From Candidatus Omnitrophota bacterium (GTDB lineage Bacteria > Omnitrophota > Gorgyraeia > Gygaellales > Profunditerraquicolaceae), in NCBI GenBank assembly GCA_029563245.1, contig JAKQSG010000059.1, forward strand, positions 1 to 37,587: 37,587 nt of DNA, read 5' to 3'. Each line of letters starts with the position of its first letter. Position 1 is the first letter of the stretch. The notes beneath the pieces are model-generated. The model was not told the DNA's origin, searched no databases, and worked only from the letters and a program-made list of their open reading frames with translations. This document shows positions 9,138-17,964 of the stretch, in pieces. Both the position numbers and the translations under genes were made by a program.

Positions 9138-10010
9138 ATGCGCTGTCTGTATTTTATTATATTGATATTGAGCGTATTCTTTAATTACGGATGTCAACCA
9201 AAGGATGCAAGGCATAAGCCTTTGGAGAAAATTCCGGTTAAGGTAATGAAAGTACAGCCGAGGGATTTGTGCAATATGCTTAATTACGCAGGTGATGTTA
9301 AGGCTCAGGATGAGGCTATGATATATCCTAAGGTCAGTGGCAAGATAATTGAAAAGGTAAGGGATGATGGCAGCCCGGTTAAGAAGGGAGAGGTTATATG
9401 TTATATTGACCGGGATGAGGTAGGCCTTAAGTTTGAGAAGGCTCCGGTAGAGAGTACCTTAACTGGTGTAGTGGGAAGAGTTTTTGTGGATATAGGCGAA
9501 AATGTTAACAGTCAGACTCCTGTGGCTTTCGTAGTAAGTGCAGAGAAAGTTAAAATAAATTTAGATATACCGGAAAAGTATGCTCCGGGAATATCTTTAT
9601 CGCAAGAGGCAAAGATCAGGGTTGATGCTTGGCCGCAGGAGGAATTCAAAGGGGCAATTACCAAGGTCAGCCCGGTTATGGACCTTTCTACTCGCTCTGC
9701 CCCTATTGAGATAACCGTAGATAATCCTGGGGGCAGGTTAAGATCGGGGATGTTTGCCAGAGTAGATATAGTATTAGAAGAGAAGAAGGGTGCTTTAGCG
9801 ATAATGCAAGAAGCGGTTATGGGCAGGGAACCGGATGCCTATGTATTTATCGTAGAAGAGAATAAAGCAAGGCTTAAGAAGGTTAGTTTAGGCATCAGGC
9901 AGGGCCCCTATTATGAGATAATAAGCGGAATCCAAAATGGGGATTTAGTGGTTATTATGGGCCAGCAGAAACTTTATGAAGGCGCATTAGTTGAGGCGGA
10001 GGTTTTATAA
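9138..10010 (+). CDS. RND efflux periplasmic adaptor (membrane fusion protein, HlyD/AcrA family) lipoprotein
   Basis: ATG at 9138 follows a GGAGG RBS. Signal peptide plus lipobox FFNYGC; barrel-sandwich/lipoyl-like segments typical of MFPs. The 8982 start in the ORF track overlaps tolC and is unlikely. Confidence 0.85.
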   Translation: MRCLYFIILILSVFFNYGCQPKDARHKPLEKIPVKVMKVQPRDLCNMLNYAGDVKAQDEAMIYPKVSGKIIEKVRDDGSPVKKGEVICYIDRDEVGLKFEKAPVESTLTGVVGRVFVDIGENVNSQTPVAFVVSAEKVKINLDIPEKYAPGISLSQEAKIRVDAWPQEEFKGAITKVSPVMDLSTRSAPIEITVDNPGGRLRSGMFARVDIVLEEKKGALAIMQEAVMGREPDAYVFIVEENKARLKKVSLGIRQGPYYEIISGIQNGDLVVIMGQQKLYEGALVEAEVL

Positions 10011-13000
10011 TGAATCTTCCTGAGTTCGGAGTAAAAAGGCCGGTTACCAATTTAATGATTTTCTTCGCTATTATCATCCTGGCAGCTTATTCTTTAAGCC
10101 GCTTGGGTGTAGATATGATGCCTGAGATCGAACCTCCCTCAATAAGCGTTATATCTTCTTATGAAGGGGCAAGTCCTGAAGATGTAGAGATAAAGGTAAC
10201 TGAAGTCCTGGAGAATCAATTAAGCACCACCCCCGGACTGGAGAAGATAACCTCTGTTTCATCTGAAGGCTCCTCCGTTATAAGACTTAAGTTTATCTGG
10301 GGGACTAACCTTGACGAGGCCTCTAATGATATACGTGACCGTATAGAACGCGCCAAGCTCTTGCTTCCCGATATACCGGATGAAATGGATAACCCGGCTA
10401 TTTTCAAATTTAATACCGCAAATATCCCGATTATCTATTTAGGCATAACCGCAACGCAAACTTATCCTGATTTATATGATCTGATTGATCAAGGATTAGG
10501 GGATGCCTTAAGGCAGTTGCCCGGGGTAGGCACGGTTCAAATCCAGGGGGGTGGATTAGAGCGTCAAATTAATATCTGGGTAGACAGGCAGAGATTAGAA
10601 GGCTACGGTTTTTCCATTCTGGATATACAAAATAAACTGCTGAAGGAAAATGTTACCCAGCCGGTAGGAAATTTAAAGACAGGTTTAACTGATTATCTCA
10701 TCAGGATGCCCGGGGAATTCTCTAAGCCTCTGGAGATAAATTCGGTAATTTTAGGCAAGCGTAACGGTAAGCTGATCTATTTAAAAGATGTCGCCAGGGT
10801 TGAAGACAGCTTTAAGGAAATAATAGGGCATGTGCGTATTAATAAAAATCCTGGAATTATGATGATGATACAGAAGCAGTCCGGCACTAATACCGTAGAA
10901 GTAGCAAGGCGCGTTAAGGAAAGATTAAAAGATATAGAAAAAACTCTTCCGGCGGATGTAAAGGTAAATATTATATTTGATACCTCGCAGGATATCATCG
11001 ATTCTCTTGAGTCCCTGCAGTCTTCGGTATGGCTGGGAGTTGTAATGGTAATATTGGTGGTATGGTTTTTCCTCAGAGCCTTCACTCCAAGTTTAATTAT
11101 AGCCCTTACTTTGCCATTTTCGCTTTTGGTAGCTTTTATCTACCTTTTTTTAAGCGGCGGGACAATAAATGTAATCAGCCTTTCATCCCTGGCTATAGTT
11201 GCAGGGATGGTCGTTGATAATGCAATAGTTGTTGTAGATAATATACATAAGAGGCTGGAAAGGGGTAATAGGCCAAATGAAGCGGCTATCTTCGGGGCCT
11301 CAGAGCTATTCTTGGCAATTACAGCCTCGACTCTTACTACCGTGGTTGTTTTTCTGCCGATGCTTTTTATCCCCGGGGTTATAGGAATTATATTCGGCGT
11401 ACTGGCAATGGTTATTTGTGTTACCCTGGCCGCCTCTCTATTTACGGCCCTGACCTTTACCCCTATGGTCTGTTCGCAATGGATGCGGCCTCAGCATAAA
11501 CGAAAACCAGGGATTTTATCTAATTTATACAAGAAATCGGAAGAATGGTTTAAGGGCTGGGAGAATGCTTACGGGAGGGGGTTAGGTTTTTCCTTAAGGC
11601 ATAAGAAATTCGTATTGTTAATATTCTTAGCCGTATTTATCTGCGTATTATTTCTTTCACCTTTTGTGGGGAATGAATTCATGCCGGAAGAAGACTCCGG
11701 AGATTTGCGTATTACAGTTTATCTGCCCATAGGGACTCGCATCGAAGAGACGGATAAAGCTGCTCAAAGGATTGAAGATATGTTGGAGGCCAGCGTTCCA
11801 GAAGCCCAGTTCTATTATGCCAGAAGCGGTTCTATCAGGGGTATGGGAAGGTTGGTAGGTGGTTCTTCGGGCACACATATAATTTCAGCCGGGGCAAAGC
11901 TCATTCCTAAGCACAAAAGAAAGCGTTCAGTTAAAGAGATAGGGCAGACAATAAGGGCAAAGGTAAATACTATCCCCGGGGTCATTAAGACCGATATCAG
12001 CACTGGTAATCCCCTGGGCAGGATTGTCGCCGGTACGAGCGGCAAGGCTGTGCAGCTTGATATTATAGGCCATTCTTTTAAAGAGACAGATGCCTTGGCC
12101 GATAAAATAAAACACATACTTGAGAAAATACCTGGAGCAGTTGATGTGAGTGTCTCTCGTGAAGCAAACCGTCCGGAATTAAGGATAGGAGTTGATAGGG
12201 AGAAGGCGGCAAGCATAGGCCTTGATATGCATACGGTATCCCAGACATTAAAGACATTAATGCAGGGGTCAACCGCGACTAAATACCGGGAAAAGGGGAA
12301 TACCTATGATATATATGTAAGGCTTGAAGATTCTTCTCGCGAAAAGATAGAGGATGTAAAGGCCCTTTCTGTTGTTGTCCCCCTGCCCGAAGATAATGTC
12401 TCATTTGAGACTCTGGAAGCAGCAGTCAGCTCAAAAGGGATTAGCCGCAAGCAGATTAAGCTCAGTAATATAGCAAAGATTTACGAATCCAGCGGTCCGG
12501 AGACCATTGAGCGCTTAAACAGAGAGAGGGTGGTTACTGTCGAATGCAATGCATATAAACGCTCATCAGGAAAAATAATAGAGGATTTAAAGAGGGAGGT
12601 ATCTAAGATTACTTTGCCGGGAGATATTTTATTAAGTTTCGGAGGCGAGGCAGAAGAGCAAAAAAAGGCATTTGACGATTTAACCTTACTGTTTATTTTG
12701 GGGATATTCCTTGTTTACATGGTCATGGCTGCGCAATTTGAGTCTATGCTCGACCCTTTTATTATTATGTTTGCCATACCCTTTACCTTTGTAGGCGTGA
12801 TTCTGGGATTTCTGATTACCGGGACAACTTTAAGTATTAATACGTTCTTAGGGATAGTTATGCTTACCGGTATAGTGGTTAACAATGCTATTGTTTTGGT
12901 CAGTTATATTCAAATCCTGCGCTTGAGAGGGTTTAGTATGGAAGAGGCTATTACTAATGCAGGAAGGGAGAGGCTTAGGCCGGTACTTATGACTACTATT

Positions 13001-13186
13001 ACTACATTGGCAGGCTTAATGCCTTTAGCTTTCTCTAATGGCCCGGGCTCGGAAACCTGGCAGCCCTTAGGTATTACCATGATTAGCGGGTTATCGGTTT
13101 CAACGTTCATTACTCTGCTCTTTGTCCCCACGCTTTATGCGTCTTTCCATAAAAAACAGTTATTAAAGAAAGCCGGTGAAATATGA
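10010..13186 (+). CDS. RND superfamily efflux permease (AcrB/HAE1-like)
   Basis: 1058 aa with 12-TM/2-loop architecture. N-terminus RPVTNLMIFFAIIILAAYSLSRLGVDMMPEIEPPSISV and the internal repeat are typical of AcrB-type pumps. Confidence 0.95.
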   Translation: MNLPEFGVKRPVTNLMIFFAIIILAAYSLSRLGVDMMPEIEPPSISVISSYEGASPEDVEIKVTEVLENQLSTTPGLEKITSVSSEGSSVIRLKFIWGTNLDEASNDIRDRIERAKLLLPDIPDEMDNPAIFKFNTANIPIIYLGITATQTYPDLYDLIDQGLGDALRQLPGVGTVQIQGGGLERQINIWVDRQRLEGYGFSILDIQNKLLKENVTQPVGNLKTGLTDYLIRMPGEFSKPLEINSVILGKRNGKLIYLKDVARVEDSFKEIIGHVRINKNPGIMMMIQKQSGTNTVEVARRVKERLKDIEKTLPADVKVNIIFDTSQDIIDSLESLQSSVWLGVVMVILVVWFFLRAFTPSLIIALTLPFSLLVAFIYLFLSGGTINVISLSSLAIVAGMVVDNAIVVVDNIHKRLERGNRPNEAAIFGASELFLAITASTLTTVVVFLPMLFIPGVIGIIFGVLAMVICVTLAASLFTALTFTPMVCSQWMRPQHKRKPGILSNLYKKSEEWFKGWENAYGRGLGFSLRHKKFVLLIFLAVFICVLFLSPFVGNEFMPEEDSGDLRITVYLPIGTRIEETDKAAQRIEDMLEASVPEAQFYYARSGSIRGMGRLVGGSSGTHIISAGAKLIPKHKRKRSVKEIGQTIRAKVNTIPGVIKTDISTGNPLGRIVAGTSGKAVQLDIIGHSFKETDALADKIKHILEKIPGAVDVSVSREANRPELRIGVDREKAASIGLDMHTVSQTLKTLMQGSTATKYREKGNTYDIYVRLEDSSREKIEDVKALSVVVPLPEDNVSFETLEAAVSSKGISRKQIKLSNIAKIYESSGPETIERLNRERVVTVECNAYKRSSGKIIEDLKREVSKITLPGDILLSFGGEAEEQKKAFDDLTLLFILGIFLVYMVMAAQFESMLDPFIIMFAIPFTFVGVILGFLITGTTLSINTFLGIVMLTGIVVNNAIVLVSYIQILRLRGFSMEEAITNAGRERLRPVLMTTITTLAGLMPLAFSNGPGSETWQPLGITMISGLSVSTFITLLFVPTLYASFHKKQLLKKAGEI

Positions 13187-13473
13187 AGATGGTAATGATT
13201 GTTTATAATGAGGCTTTAGATAATGAAGTAATGGAGGCATTAGGGCATGCCGGCGTAAGAGGTTATACTAAAATTAACAAGGCCTTTGGCCGCGGAGATA
13301 AAAGCGGTACTCATTTAGGAACCGATATCTGGCCGGGGTTAAACAATATACTCTATATAGCATGTGAAGAAGCACAGGCGCAGGATCTGCTTAGGAGAGT
13401 AAAGGAATTAAGGAAGACCTTAGGGCATGAAGGGGTTAAGGCATTTATTCTTGCCGTTGAAGAGACTACCTGA
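13183..13473 (+). CDS. Small PII-like (beta-alpha-beta x2) transporter-associated protein
   Basis: 96 aa; start overlaps the RND stop (ATGA). The predicted b-a-b-loop-b-a-b pattern resembles the GlnB/PII fold. Similar small proteins are known next to RND pumps (recalled as the PG0541-type family, unverified). Confidence 0.55.
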   Translation: MKMVMIVYNEALDNEVMEALGHAGVRGYTKINKAFGRGDKSGTHLGTDIWPGLNNILYIACEEAQAQDLLRRVKELRKTLGHEGVKAFILAVEETT

Positions 13474-13492
13474 ACAAAATACCAAAATTAGC

Positions 13493-13521
13493 TTGACACT
13501 TACCGCGTGAGATTATAAAAT
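13493..13521 (+). promoter_or_regulatory. Near-consensus sigma70 promoter preceding the PKS-like cluster
   Basis: TTGACA (13493-13498), 17-nt spacer, TAAAAT (13516-13521), about 48 nt upstream of the 13570 start. Confidence 0.5.
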
Positions 13522-13569
13522 AATCCTGTTTATAAATAGTTAAATTTTACTATATAATTTAGAGAGACA

Positions 13570-13830
13570 ATGGATTGGGAAGCTAAAACCAAAGAAAAGT
13601 TTACGTTATTTATCTCTAAGATGCCTCTTTTCCACAGGCATATTACCGAGGCAGCGGTAATAAAAAGAGCGGAGGAGAATGCCAGGGGTAGGTCTGCTCT
13701 TGCGGTAGAAGAAGAAGATGTATTGGCAGCATTTTTTTCCGATGTTCCTTCTCCGTTTTACAGCATGATGGTCAGGTTATTGGAGCAGACAGGTTTTGAT
13801 TACAAGAAATATGGCTTCCCCAAAAGTTAA
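13570..13830 (+). CDS. Small hypothetical protein (PCP-reductase-like domain?)
   Basis: 86 aa. The pattern W..A...L..MP.F.R......IKRAEE.A...G...V.EEDV resembles the small PCP_red domain. Assignment is tentative. Confidence 0.4.
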   Translation: MDWEAKTKEKFTLFISKMPLFHRHITEAAVIKRAEENARGRSALAVEEEDVLAAFFSDVPSPFYSMMVRLLEQTGFDYKKYGFPKS

Positions 13831-13854
13831 AGTTCCTTCCGGAGGTAATCTTAG

Positions 13855-14862
13855 GTGAAAATTGCGGTAATCGGGGCAGGTGCAATAGGTTCCTTAGTAG
13901 CAGGGTATCTTAAGCTAAAAGAAGCAGACGTCTCTCTAATCGGCCGTAGGGATGCGGTAGATGCTATCCGTAAAAACGGCATTGTGATCTCTGGTGTGCG
14001 CGGTGACTTGAAGGTTAATATAGAGGCCTATGAACTGCTTGTTTTAAAGCCGGATTTAGTAATCCTTGCGACTAAGACCCAGGATATAGAGAGGGCCTTA
14101 AGAGATAATCTAGCCTTACTTAAAAATACCCCTGTTCTTACCACCCAGAATGGCATGCAGGCGGAATATATTACAGCTAAGCTTTTATCTAAAGAGAATA
14201 TAATCTCAAGTATAGTTATGTTTGGTGCTACCTATTTAAACCCTGGTAGGGTAACCCATAATTTTGAGGGTGATTGGATAATCGGGAGCGTATTTAAGGA
14301 TAGGCCTAATTACAATATGGTTGAAATAAGCATGGTTTTGGATAGGGCCTTTTCTATGGTTATGGCTGATGATATCTTGGGCAAGAAATATCTGAAAGTT
14401 TTTGTCAATGCTAATAACTGTATCCCCGCAATATTGGGGGTTAGTATGCAGGAGGCGTTTTCCGATCCTCAAATAAGCCGTATAAGCATAGCTCTTTGGG
14501 AAGAGGCCTTTAGTCTGCTTTCAAAACTTGGTATAGGCTTATCTGGGCTTCCCGGGTTTCCGGTTGAGAATGTAACTGGTCTTATTTCAATGCCTAAGGA
14601 AAAAGCGGCATTGGTATTCTCGGGGATAATGACTAAACTTAGCAAAGACCCTCTTTACGGATCAATATTGCAGAGCATAATGCGCGGGCGCAGCTCAGAG
14701 ATAGATTATATTAACGGCGAGTTTGTTTCCCTGGCAGAAAGAAATCAGCTCGAAAGCCCCATTAATAAAAAACTTGTAGAATTAGTGCATAAAGTTGAAC
14801 AGGATAAAAGGTTTCTTACCAAGGAAGAGTTGATTGATAGCCTGAAAGGAGTTTCCAGCTGA
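13855..14862 (+). CDS. Ketopantoate reductase (ApbA/PanE) family NAD(P)-dependent oxidoreductase
   Basis: N-terminal Rossmann MKIAVIGAGAIGSLVAGYL; C-terminal SSEIDYINGEFV...SPINKKLVELV typical of the PanE family. GTG start. Confidence 0.8.
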   Translation: MKIAVIGAGAIGSLVAGYLKLKEADVSLIGRRDAVDAIRKNGIVISGVRGDLKVNIEAYELLVLKPDLVILATKTQDIERALRDNLALLKNTPVLTTQNGMQAEYITAKLLSKENIISSIVMFGATYLNPGRVTHNFEGDWIIGSVFKDRPNYNMVEISMVLDRAFSMVMADDILGKKYLKVFVNANNCIPAILGVSMQEAFSDPQISRISIALWEEAFSLLSKLGIGLSGLPGFPVENVTGLISMPKEKAALVFSGIMTKLSKDPLYGSILQSIMRGRSSEIDYINGEFVSLAERNQLESPINKKLVELVHKVEQDKRFLTKEELIDSLKGVSS

Positions 14863-14863
14863 T

Positions 14864-15463
14864 ATGGATAAAGTTAAAACACCATTCCCGAAATTAAAAC
14901 TAACGGTAAGAGGAGTTTATGGCGAATGCTACCACGGTTACAAAAAAGGGGATGAGATTATTCTGGAGGATTTTACGCATCCGCCGGAACATTTCTGCTT
15001 AGGGTTGGTGCATGCTTTATTTCCGGTTATATACGCTTTAAGTTTTGGGGCAAAGTTTGGTTTTCGTGATAATCAAAGGTCTTTATTGGTTACTTGCCCG
15101 GACGGTGGAAAGCTGGAGTTTGAGGCAGAAATATTTAATAAGGATGGAAGCATAGAAAATATCCCTAAGGACCAAAAACATAAAGGACCTAATCCAAAGA
15201 AGATGGTAATTGAGGTGGTGCAGTCAAAAGGAAAATGTACCTTTGGGTATAAGGTAGGAGATAAGTGGGAGACGACCGGTTTAAAATGCGTTCCCGGATT
15301 ATGCGGCGCCGCATTCCATACCGCATTCCCGGCACTATTTGCATTAAACTTCGGGGCAAAGTTCTTTTTTATGAAAGATCCGAATTCAATTGATACGGTA
15401 ACTTGCCCTGACGGAGGCGATATTGTTTTTAAGGTTACCAGGGTAGAAGAGGGGAAGGAATAA
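14864..15463 (+). CDS. Tandem-duplicated TIGR04076-like Cys-rich protein
   Basis: There are two about 80-aa repeats (aa 11-91 and 113-193). Each has C..GYK.GD, ...C...FP..(Y/F)AL.FGAKF and VTCPDGG, which matches my recollection of the small TIGR04076 family. Confidence 0.6.
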   Translation: MDKVKTPFPKLKLTVRGVYGECYHGYKKGDEIILEDFTHPPEHFCLGLVHALFPVIYALSFGAKFGFRDNQRSLLVTCPDGGKLEFEAEIFNKDGSIENIPKDQKHKGPNPKKMVIEVVQSKGKCTFGYKVGDKWETTGLKCVPGLCGAAFHTAFPALFALNFGAKFFFMKDPNSIDTVTCPDGGDIVFKVTRVEEGKE

Positions 15464-15467
15464 TTTT

Positions 15468-16730
15468 ATGAATAAGAGAAGGGTAGTTATCACAGGGATA
15501 GGAGTAATATCCCCTAATGGTATCGGAAAGGATGCATGTTTTAAGGGGATGATTTCGGGTAAATCCGGGGTTTGCCGAGTTGATAATTTTGACGTATCAA
15601 TCTTTAATACTAAGATTGCAGCAGAAGTACGCGATTTTGACCCTTTCAAATTAGGGCTCTCCCATGAAGAAGCTATGCGTATGGACAGATACGTGCAGTT
15701 TGGCGTGGTGGCGGGTAATATGGCGGTTAAGGACAGCGGGTTAGATTTAACCCAAGAAGACCCTCAGCGCATTGGTGTCTGCCTTGCTAATGCAATATGC
15801 GGGACAAAATATATGGAGGAGGAGTTTGCCCTTGTTACGGAAGACGGGAAAAAACCCATTAATCCTTCTTTGGTGCGTCCGGACCTTTATGATGCCGCTA
15901 TGTTTAATACGCCTTCTATTGAGTTGAGCGCTAAATACGGGCTGAAAGGTATCTGTAACACTCTCTCTACAGGTTGTACCGCAGGTACAGACTCTTTGGG
16001 ATTTGGTCTGGAGACTATTCAGGATGGAGAGGAAGATATCATGATTTGCGGTGCGGCTGAGGCCCCCATCACTCCTATTACTTTTGGGGCTTTTGATGTG
16101 GTAAACGTATTATCGTCTAGAAACGATGATCCTCAAAAAGCCTCCAGGCCTTTTGATAATAAGCGTGATGGGTTTGTTTTATCTGAAGGGGCGGGTATTC
16201 TGATTTTAGAAGAATTGAACCATGCCTTAAGACGGAATGCCAGGATATATTGTGAAGTTTTAGGCTTCGGGACAAGCTGCAATGCCTTTCATATGACTGA
16301 TCTTCCTTCTGACGGCGGGGCAATGGTTAGCTGTATCAGCCTTGCCTTAAAAGACGCCCAGGTAAAGCCTGAAGAGATTGATTATATAAATGCCCATGGC
16401 TCTTCTACCAGGATGAATGATATATTTGAGACTAGCGCTTATAAATCTATTTTCGGAGAGTATGCCTATAAACTTCCGATTAGTTCCTTTAAATCGATGA
16501 TCGGGCATCCCTTGGCTGCCGCCAATGCCATTGAAATGACCGTCTGTTCTATGATTTTTGAAAAAAACATCCTTGCCCCGACTATAAATCAGGAAGAAAA
16601 AGATCCTCAATGCGATCTTTATTACATTCCTAATAAGGCAATTGATAAAAAAGTTGATACGATTTTAAAGACAAGCAGCGGATTTTCCGGGATTCATTCA
16701 TCGTTAGTATTAAGGAGATATAATGGATAA
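15468..16730 (+). CDS. Type II PKS-like ketosynthase alpha (beta-ketoacyl-ACP synthase)
   Basis: Active-site LSTGCTAGTDSLG (Cys170, codon TGT 15975-15977), NAHGSSTRMND and SMIGHPLAAA. The STGCT(S/A)G and HGS.T..ND forms look like aromatic PKS KS-alpha rather than FabF (ACA(T/S)G, HGTST). Confidence 0.9.
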   Translation: MNKRRVVITGIGVISPNGIGKDACFKGMISGKSGVCRVDNFDVSIFNTKIAAEVRDFDPFKLGLSHEEAMRMDRYVQFGVVAGNMAVKDSGLDLTQEDPQRIGVCLANAICGTKYMEEEFALVTEDGKKPINPSLVRPDLYDAAMFNTPSIELSAKYGLKGICNTLSTGCTAGTDSLGFGLETIQDGEEDIMICGAAEAPITPITFGAFDVVNVLSSRNDDPQKASRPFDNKRDGFVLSEGAGILILEELNHALRRNARIYCEVLGFGTSCNAFHMTDLPSDGGAMVSCISLALKDAQVKPEEIDYINAHGSSTRMNDIFETSAYKSIFGEYAYKLPISSFKSMIGHPLAAANAIEMTVCSMIFEKNILAPTINQEEKDPQCDLYYIPNKAIDKKVDTILKTSSGFSGIHSSLVLRRYNG

Positions 16731-17952
16731 GATTGCTTTAACCGGAATCGGGGCAGTATCCCCTTCGGGAATAGGTAAGCGCCAGCTTTGGGCAAATATT
16801 AAAAGCGGGCGTTCATTTATAAAAGAGATAACCAGATTTGACGCCTCCAGGTATCCTTCCCATATCGCCGGGCAGATAGATGATCTTGAAAAATACAGTA
16901 CTTTCTCAGAGCGGCTTTTAAAGAAGATTGATGCTTTTTCTCATATGGCCCTGATTGCCTCAGAGCTTGCCTTACAGGATGCAGGTGTCGATATCAAACA
17001 GGAAGATCCTAATCTTGTAGGTATCTTTTTAGGCAATGCCATCGGAGGATGGCTTTATGCCGAAACAGAGCTTCGGGATATGTATATCGAGGGGCGTGAA
17101 GGAGTATCTCCTTATATGGCTTCTGCCTGGTTTCCGGCAGCTCCGCAGGGGCAGGTCTCAATTTACTATGGGATAAAAGGATTTTCCAAGACAGTAGTAG
17201 CGGATCGCGCAAGCTCATTAATGGCTCTTGGTTATGCCAGGAAAATATTGGCTAAGGGTAAATTGAATCTGATCTTATCCGGGGGGATGGAGGCTCCAGT
17301 TTCTCCTTATGCATTATTATGTTGCAATACTTATGGAGGGCTTTCCAGCGATAATCAACATCCGCAGGAAGCCTATCGGCCTTTTGATAAGAGGCGCAGC
17401 GGTTTTGTAATCGGAGAAGGTTCGGGGGTAGTGGTTATGGAGAGTATTGAGAGGGCAAAATCACGCAATGCCAATATCTTGGCTTTAATCTCGGGATACG
17501 GGACAACCTGTGATGGAGTGGATCGTATTAATTCTGCTGTTGATGGAAAGGAGCTAGCCAGGGCAATTAGAATTGCCCTGGAAGATGCCCGGGCAGGAAT
17601 TGATGAAATCGATTATATCAGCTTAGACGGGATAGCTTTAGATATTTGGGATAATTCTGAGGTTGGGGCTATCAGGGAAGTATTTGGAAGCCGCTCAAAA
17701 GATATACCGGTAAGTTGTCCTAAATCTATGTTTGGTAATTTGCTGGGGGCTTCTGGAGTACTGGATATGATTATTGCCATACAGGCGATGGAGCATAGTT
17801 TAATTCCCCCCACGATAAATTTAGACGAGCCCTCAATCGCCGGGCTTAATTATGTTAGTAAGGAAGCAAGAGAACACAGGATTAAAAAGGCGTTGATTAT
17901 ATCCCGGGGAAGGGGAGGGATAAATTCCGCATTAATTATCGAGAAGGCTTAA
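16723..17952 (+). CDS. Ketosynthase beta / chain-length-factor-like subunit with degenerate catalytic triad
   Basis: KS fold, 8-nt overlap with KS-alpha. The positions aligned to Cys/His/His read Arg162 (VVADRASS, codon 17206-17208), Asp (SLDGIA) and Asn (MFGNLLG). Confidence 0.8.
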   Translation: MDKIALTGIGAVSPSGIGKRQLWANIKSGRSFIKEITRFDASRYPSHIAGQIDDLEKYSTFSERLLKKIDAFSHMALIASELALQDAGVDIKQEDPNLVGIFLGNAIGGWLYAETELRDMYIEGREGVSPYMASAWFPAAPQGQVSIYYGIKGFSKTVVADRASSLMALGYARKILAKGKLNLILSGGMEAPVSPYALLCCNTYGGLSSDNQHPQEAYRPFDKRRSGFVIGEGSGVVVMESIERAKSRNANILALISGYGTTCDGVDRINSAVDGKELARAIRIALEDARAGIDEIDYISLDGIALDIWDNSEVGAIREVFGSRSKDIPVSCPKSMFGNLLGASGVLDMIIAIQAMEHSLIPPTINLDEPSIAGLNYVSKEAREHRIKKALIISRGRGGINSALIIEKA

Positions 17953-17964
17953 AAGGAGGATTTA

